DNA of 51,173 bases from Flavobacteriaceae bacterium (GTDB taxonomy: Bacteria > Bacteroidota > Bacteroidia > Flavobacteriales > Flavobacteriaceae), in assembly GCA_029942185.1 (NCBI GenBank), contig JAOZTK010000002.1, positions 1 to 51,173 on the forward strand, in the 5' to 3' direction. Below the pieces are notes generated by a model. It was not told the DNA's origin and ran no database searches. It saw only the letters and a program-made list of their open reading frames with translations. This document shows, one piece after another, positions 46,430 through 51,173 of this stretch. Both the position numbers and the translations under genes were made by a program. The stretch's first letter is position 1; each line of letters begins with the position of its first letter.

Positions 46430-47164
46430 TTATTTAAACCTCCGTTCAATCAGTGCGATTAAACGTTCCTCATAGTCTGGTTTTTCTTCCCAGCCATAAT
46501 CTGGTTTTACGACAGACTCAATAAAATGTTTGGCTTTAGATTCGGTTTGAAAGGAGTTTAATTGGGATAAAACTCGGTTATATTCTTCTTGACTTCCATT
46601 GAATAAATGTTTTACAAAAGCAATTCTGTCATTGAGTCCAATTTGTATTTGTCTTTGTGACAGCTTATCATTTAAAGACTTCTTGGTCATTTCAGTTTTC
46701 TCAAGATTTTCAAATAAATCAGCGGCAAAATCAGCCGAAATAGCATCTTTAAATTCTTCTTCTAAAGATGCGTGTGGGATATTCTTGTTTTTAAGATCAC
46801 TTGGAGTAGGAGGCTCCGGTTTTTTCTCAATTTTGTCCGTAGTTGTGGTTTTGGGTTCAGAAGTTGTCCCAATTTGTGCTGCGGTATCCATTATTTTTTG
46901 AATTTGCTCCTGTACGGACAGCTCTGGGTCTTCTTTTTCTACGATATCAATATCTTCAGTGTGATCCGAAAGAGCATCTGTATCTTCAAAATAGGTATTC
47001 TTTCTTACAATTTCCGTATCTGCTACGGTATCGTAATGCAAAAGAGTTATTTTTTCATATAGTTCACGTGCTTTTTCAAGCAGTAGCATGCTGTCTTCTG
47101 TGGCGATCATATTAACGAGCTGATTTGCTAAATCTCGGATGCTTTCCTTTGATATTTTGTGCAT
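46430..47164 (-). CDS. hypothetical acidic protein
   Basis: 244-aa ORF with helical ends and a low-complexity acidic, Thr/Pro-rich middle. It ends 4 nt from the convergent small ORF. Confidence 0.6.
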   Translation of the reverse strand: MHKISKESIRDLANQLVNMIATEDSMLLLEKARELYEKITLLHYDTVADTEIVRKNTYFEDTDALSDHTEDIDIVEKEDPELSVQEQIQKIMDTAAQIGTTSEPKTTTTDKIEKKPEPPTPSDLKNKNIPHASLEEEFKDAISADFAADLFENLEKTEMTKKSLNDKLSQRQIQIGLNDRIAFVKHLFNGSQEEYNRVLSQLNSFQTESKAKHFIESVVKPDYGWEEKPDYEERLIALIERRFK

Positions 47165-47204
47165 AAGTTAAAATAGTTGCGTTCGATTTGTACTATTATT
47201 TTTT

Positions 47205-47212
47205 TACTTTTG
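47205..47212 (+). promoter_or_regulatory. -7 box TActTTTG upstream of tdk
   Basis: Exact TAnnTTTG, 55 nt before the ATG at 47268. Confidence 0.3.
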
Positions 47213-47267
47213 TAAAGATAGTAAAATGATGCTATTTATAGAAGATCAACCATTAAAATTCGAATAA

Positions 47268-47864
47268 ATGTTTCTTGAAAACACAGTGAATCAGAACGAA
47301 CAATTTGGGTGGATAGAGGTCATTGCAGGATCTATGTTTTCCGGAAAAACTGAAGAATTGATACGTCGTTTAAAACGTGCAAAGTTTGCCAAACAAAAAA
47401 TTGAAATTTTTAAACCGGCAATTGATACGCGATATGATGAAGACAATGTGGTGTCGCATGACGATAACGAAATTCGTTCAACTCCTGTACCTGCAGCAGA
47501 AAATATTCGGCTATTAACGGCAGACGTAGAAGTTGTTGGTATTGATGAGGCTCAGTTTTTTGATGATGAAATTGTGGCGGTATGCAACGAGCTTGCAAAT
47601 CGGGGAATTCGTGTTATTGTAGCAGGATTGGATATGGATTTTCAAGGAAATCCCTTTGGACCCATGCCCGCTTTAATGGCTACCGCTGAATATGTCACAA
47701 AAGTACATGCAGTTTGTACACGGACAGGAAACTTGGCGCACTACAGTCATCGAACAATTGCCAGCAAAGATTTAGTAGTTTTAGGAGAAACAGACAGTTA
47801 TGAACCCTTGAGTAGAGCCGCTTACTATAAAGCTATGCGCCCAGAAAAAATGCATCAAAAATAA
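47268..47864 (+). CDS. tdk: thymidine kinase
   Basis: 198 aa. P-loop [11 protein letters not shown], plus [10 protein letters not shown] and VAGLDMDF. Confidence 0.9.
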   Translation: MFLENTVNQNEQFGWIEVIAGSMFSGKTEELIRRLKRAKFAKQKIEIFKPAIDTRYDEDNVVSHDDNEIRSTPVPAAENIRLLTADVEVVGIDEAQFFDDEIVAVCNELANRGIRVIVAGLDMDFQGNPFGPMPALMATAEYVTKVHAVCTRTGNLAHYSHRTIASKDLVVLGETDSYEPLSRAAYYKAMRPEKMHQK

Positions 47865-47879
47865 ATTGAATAAGTTTAT

Positions 47880-48986
47880 ATGCCACAAAATGCCAGTACT
47901 TTTTTAAGTGTCGATTTAAATGCATTGGTACATAATTACCATTTTATTAAATCGTATTTAAAGCCAAACACAAATTTCTTGGCAGTTATAAAAGCCTTTG
48001 CTTACGGACATGAAGCCATAGCTATTGCCAAAGCTTTAGAAAAAGAAAAAGTAGCCTATTTTGCAGTAGCTTATTTGCAAGAAGGGATTCATTTACGCAA
48101 AGCGGGAATTAGTACGCCCATTTTAGTGTTGCACCCTCAACAATCAGATGTGCAAGATTGTGTAGCGCATCAATTGGAACCCAATATTTACAGTTTTAAT
48201 ATTCTAGAGACTTTTCAAAATTGTTTAAAAAAGTTAAATATTCAGGAATTTCCGATTCATTTAAAATTTAATACAGGTCTTAACAGGTTGGGGTTTTCGC
48301 ACAATGACATCCCGGAGCTTTTATCAAAATTAGCTTCCGATAATACGTGTAAAATCGCATCCGTATTTTCTCATTTGGTAGCCAGTGAAGATCTTGATGA
48401 AAAAGAATTTACACAAAAACAAATTCGTTTGTATACAAACATATTATCCGAAATTCAAAAAGGGATACCCTATACATTTACCAAGCATTTGGCCAACACA
48501 TCCGGCACCTTAAATTATCCGGAAGCACATTTTGATATGGTGCGTATCGGAATAGGTTTGTACGGATACGCAAATGATAAAAAGTGGACTGCCCAACTTA
48601 AAAATGTCGGCAAATTATATGCTGTTATTTCACAGATATTTCCGATTCAAAAAGGGGAATCGGTGGGCTATAACCGAGCATTTGTCGCAAAAAACGATTG
48701 TGTTTCAGCTACAATTCCAATCGGACATGCCGATGGAATTCCACGTACTTGGAGCAAAGGGAAAGGCTATGTTACAATCCATGGGAAAAAGGCCCCTGTT
48801 TTAGGTAATGTGTGTATGGATATGATTATGGTTGATGTTACGAATATCGCTTGTAAAGAAGGGGATCAAGTGCGTATTTATGATTCCCAACAAACGCTGG
48901 AAGATTTAGCTACAAAGACAGGAACTATTACCTATGAATTATTGACCGCTATTTCACAAAGAGTCCCGCGGATTATTGTAGAGTAG
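47880..48986 (+). CDS. alr: alanine racemase
   Basis: 368 aa. PLP-lysine motif AVIKAFAYGHEA and C-terminal beta-domain pattern VCMDMIMVDV. Confidence 0.9.
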   Translation: MPQNASTFLSVDLNALVHNYHFIKSYLKPNTNFLAVIKAFAYGHEAIAIAKALEKEKVAYFAVAYLQEGIHLRKAGISTPILVLHPQQSDVQDCVAHQLEPNIYSFNILETFQNCLKKLNIQEFPIHLKFNTGLNRLGFSHNDIPELLSKLASDNTCKIASVFSHLVASEDLDEKEFTQKQIRLYTNILSEIQKGIPYTFTKHLANTSGTLNYPEAHFDMVRIGIGLYGYANDKKWTAQLKNVGKLYAVISQIFPIQKGESVGYNRAFVAKNDCVSATIPIGHADGIPRTWSKGKGYVTIHGKKAPVLGNVCMDMIMVDVTNIACKEGDQVRIYDSQQTLEDLATKTGTITYELLTAISQRVPRIIVE

Positions 48987-49005
48987 GCAAAATGGAAAAG
49001 TTGTG

Positions 49006-49013
49006 TAAATTTG
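49006..49013 (+). promoter_or_regulatory. -7 box TAaaTTTG upstream of mscL
   Basis: Exact TAnnTTTG, 29 nt before the ATG at 49043. Confidence 0.35.
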
Positions 49014-49042
49014 CATTCTAATTTAATTTAAAACCAACTATT

Positions 49043-49444
49043 ATGTGGAAAGAGTTTAAAAAATTTATCACCGGCGGAAATGTTATTGAATTTGCCGTAG
49101 CTGTAATCATGGCAGGAGCCATAGGACTTGTTGTAAAAGGATTTGTTGACTATATTGTGATGCCTTTTGTAGGACATTTTACAGGTGGAATGGACTTTAA
49201 AGATTTAAAAATTGTGTTAGATGAAGCAGTCGGAAAAGCAGGTGATGCTGATTTTGTTGCAGAGAATGCAATTATGTATGGTTCGTGGATTAACGCTATT
49301 ATTAATTTATTAATTATAGGTTTTGTGATGTTTTTAATGGTAAAAGGCTATAACAAAATAAAGAAAAAAGAAGAGAAAGCTGCACCTGCAGGACCCTCGG
49401 ATAACGACTTGTTGACTGAAATTAGAGATCTGCTTAAAAAGTAA
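49043..49444 (+). CDS. mscL: large-conductance mechanosensitive channel
   Basis: 133 aa. MWKEFKKFITGGNVIEFAVAVIMAGA N-terminus and two TM helices. Confidence 0.9.
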   Translation: MWKEFKKFITGGNVIEFAVAVIMAGAIGLVVKGFVDYIVMPFVGHFTGGMDFKDLKIVLDEAVGKAGDADFVAENAIMYGSWINAIINLLIIGFVMFLMVKGYNKIKKKEEKAAPAGPSDNDLLTEIRDLLKK

Positions 49445-49470
49445 GACACTCTCAATTTTGAGAAATAATA

Positions 49471-49506
49471 AACACCGGATAGCACTTGTTATTCGGTGTT
49501 TTTTTA
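49471..49506 (+). terminator. intrinsic terminator after mscL
   Basis: aacaccgga / ttcggtgtt stem (9 bp with one G.U pair) followed by tttttt. Confidence 0.8.
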
Positions 49507-49618
49507 TTGCCTTATTTTGAAGGGGAACATGCGAACCTGTAAGCTCTTTAACTAATATTTAACAACTTTTAGGTCAAACACGACATGCGATGTCGTAAGA
49601 AACACGGTATAGTCACGC

Positions 49619-49626
49619 TATTTTTG
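49619..49626 (+). promoter_or_regulatory. -7 box TAttTTTG upstream of the orphan lipoprotein gene
   Basis: Exact TAnnTTTG, 71 nt before the ATG at 49698. A 7-bp hairpin acgacat-gcg-atgtcgt lies at 49582..49598. Confidence 0.3.
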
Positions 49627-49697
49627 CAGTATCAAAATTAAATAAAAACAGGGTAGCTGAAAACTGAAAAGAGTAAGCTAATATAAATTTATAACAA

Positions 49698-50588
49698 ATG
49701 AAAAAATTAAGTTATCTATTAAGTGGAATAGCAATGATTGCTTTACTATCAATTTCTTGTCAAAAAGAATCTATTGATGAATTAAACAATGAGTTATCTA
49801 CAGAGATTTTAAAAGCTAAAAAAACAGCAAATTGGAGTGAAATAAAAGCCAAAGGACTAGAATTATTATGGGATTTAGATGCTGAGGAAGGTTATTTGTA
49901 CACGAAAGACACTAGTAACGGTGCTTTATGGGGTTGGACAAACAATTCTACAGCCTATGGTAATATCACAGCGCCTATAGCTTATTATTTGTACAAGGCG
50001 AATTTGAAAGAAGCCGGTCTTGCCGGGTTTGACGCTATGTACGCCAAAACTTCAACGAATTTGAATGCATTTAACTCGGCTGATTTAGGAGTAATCCTAT
50101 ATGCTTACAGAGTTACTACTGATTCTAAATTCTTAGATTTAGCAAATAATATGACTGCTAATTGGATTGCAAAATATCCGGCAGACGGCTTCCCTTTCCG
50201 AGCTTATGACACGTATTGGGGATATGATGCGATGAACTGGATGCGTAGTGTTTATTATATAAAACACACCACAGGACTTGATCAATCTTTAATGGATTGG
50301 GCAGACGAATCAATCCTTGCTTATGATGCAGCTTATGGAATGTATGCTGAGGATAATTACCATGCAGTTTATACGAATGTCATCAGTTCTGTTTATAGGT
50401 ACGGTACATTTACACCAGTAAGTTTAGAGGATGTAATCGCGTTGGATGATTCTCAAATCTATGCTTACGCAAGAATTGGTAAAACCACTAAGAAAGAATT
50501 GTATCCTGAGATGGCTGATGCATTGTTGATTGAAAATGGTATAGTCTCAGAAATTGCAGCAGAGCTAGTCTTTGCTTTATCGAGATAA
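49698..50588 (+). CDS. hypothetical lipoprotein, aromatic-rich and helical
   Basis: 296 aa. Lipobox LLSISC/QKE. Rich in Tyr, Trp, Ala and Asp, suggesting an alpha-helical repeat or toroid fold. No family recognised. Confidence 0.6.
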   Translation: MKKLSYLLSGIAMIALLSISCQKESIDELNNELSTEILKAKKTANWSEIKAKGLELLWDLDAEEGYLYTKDTSNGALWGWTNNSTAYGNITAPIAYYLYKANLKEAGLAGFDAMYAKTSTNLNAFNSADLGVILYAYRVTTDSKFLDLANNMTANWIAKYPADGFPFRAYDTYWGYDAMNWMRSVYYIKHTTGLDQSLMDWADESILAYDAAYGMYAEDNYHAVYTNVISSVYRYGTFTPVSLEDVIALDDSQIYAYARIGKTTKKELYPEMADALLIENGIVSEIAAELVFALSR

Positions 50589-50622
50589 AATAAATTAGAA
50601 TCTATCTCAAAATTACGAAGAA

Positions 50623-50649
50623 GGCCGTTGTAAAAAACGGTCTTTTTTT
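50623..50649 (+). terminator. intrinsic terminator after the lipoprotein gene
   Basis: ggccgtt-gtaaaa-aacggtc (7-bp stem with one G.U pair) followed by ttttttt. Confidence 0.65.
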
Positions 50650-50753
50650 AAAACTCGTTTTTTTTGGGACCCCTGCTGTGCGAAGTTGAAAGACTTCGCA
50701 CAATAATTTAACCCCTATACGAAGTCGGGGTTGTCTCATCCTGATTTTTCTAA

Positions 50754-50795
50754 TAAAAAAAGAGAACCAATGCTATATTGATTCTCTTTTCTTGT
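50754..50795. terminator. bidirectional-looking terminator hairpin (A-run, 11-bp stem, T-rich tail)
   Basis: aaaaaaa-agagaaccaat-gctat-attgattctct-tttcttgttt, with one mismatch in the stem. Confidence 0.55.
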
Positions 50796-50994
50796 TTAGT
50801 AGCGAGATGTTTTGAAATATCGAACAAAAAGGAGTTAATAAAGGACTTTTTGAAAGTTGTAGAATTTTACAACAATTATATATTCTAGAGTAGTGTGAAA
50901 CCTTTCGGTTTTAAAACATCTCCTCCTGGAGAAAGAGGCTCCGCCACCTTGTCTTATAACCCCTATAAACACTGAGCTTACAGAAATCCCTTAT

Positions 50995-51017
50995 TATAGG
51001 GTAATGTATAGGGTAAT
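50995..51017 (+). repeat. tandem direct repeat TATAGGGTAAT x2 (12-bp period)
   Basis: Identical 11-mers at 50995..51005 and 51007..51017. They are the inverse of the TAACCCCTATA-type motif at 50709..50719 and 50957..50967. Confidence 0.85.
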
Positions 51018-51173
51018 TAAACTATATTTGATTTTAATGAACTTAATGTAACGAAAGTACAAAAAATCTGACAATCATTAGTATCCTAGTGAATCTGTTT
51101 AGTTGAAATCTATTCGGTTACTTCTGGTCCTAAATTGAAGTACTTGTTTACAGCATATTCGTACTGACTCATG

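Noticed and set aside
46599-47115. Three overlapping plus-strand ORFs (100, 96 and 90 aa) opposite the gene at 46430..47164
   Set aside because: They overlap each other in different frames and their translations are Phe/Leu/Cys-rich nonsense. The minus-strand 244-aa ORF is the only one with protein-like composition.
47268-47864. Thymidine kinase appears to lack most cysteines of the C-terminal zinc ribbon ([14 protein letters not shown]...[10 protein letters not shown])
   Set aside because: From memory the same Cys-poor sequence is shared by other flavobacterial Tdk proteins, so this is probably lineage-typical rather than a defect. I cannot verify that without an alignment.
50995-51017. The tandem repeat as a possible CRISPR array or minisatellite
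   Set aside because: There are only two 11-bp units separated by 1 nt, with no spacers. This is far too short for CRISPR and is treated instead as a binding-site cluster.
51110-51173. A minus-strand reading frame open to the window edge (...MSQYEYAVNKYFNLGPEVTE*)
   Set aside because: Only 21 codons are visible. It could be the 3' end of a gene starting beyond the window, or just noise, so there is not enough to call a feature.

Overview
This is an AT-rich chromosomal segment with clear Bacteroidota/Flavobacteriia hallmarks. These include a T9SS C-terminal sorting domain on a secreted S8 protease, a PorW/SprE-like lipoprotein, an atpBEFHAG operon without atpDC, and many TAnnTTTG -7 boxes. I call 45 protein-coding genes and found no tRNA, rRNA, CRISPR array, transposase or integrase.

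Gene content, in order:
- a ParE/RelE-type toxin-antitoxin cassette bracketed by nested direct repeats
- a pseudouridine salvage pair (psuG, psuK) divergent from a BtpA/SgcQ gene
- an S8 peptidase that is T9SS cargo
- a six-gene cytoplasmic alpha-glucan (glycogen) locus: glgA, glgC, glgB, GH31, a short GT35 phosphorylase and GH13
- a DUF6165-like gene plus a GT9 glycosyltransferase
- a PLP-dependent decarboxylase, apbE, maeB, queG and recX
- sprE, then bactofilin, atpZ, a DUF6168-like gene and atpBEFHAG
- glyQS preceded by two membrane-anchored coiled-coil proteins
- comF, an Ig-like lipoprotein, an outer-membrane protein, a transsulfuration enzyme, an ArsC-family gene, tdk, alr, mscL and an orphan lipoprotein

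I did not find a convincing new multi-gene system such as a defence island; most of the window is housekeeping. The observations most worth a second look are:
- the 1.08-kb TA cassette, which carries a relic copy of the neighbouring gene's 3' end
- the GT35-family phosphorylase, whose canonical PLP Schiff-base lysine reads Thr
- the bactofilin/AtpZ/small-membrane-protein leader of the ATP synthase operon
- the 585-bp gene-free right end, which holds hairpins and four copies of a CCCTATA/TATAGGG motif

All functional calls rest on motifs read by eye. No database search was run.
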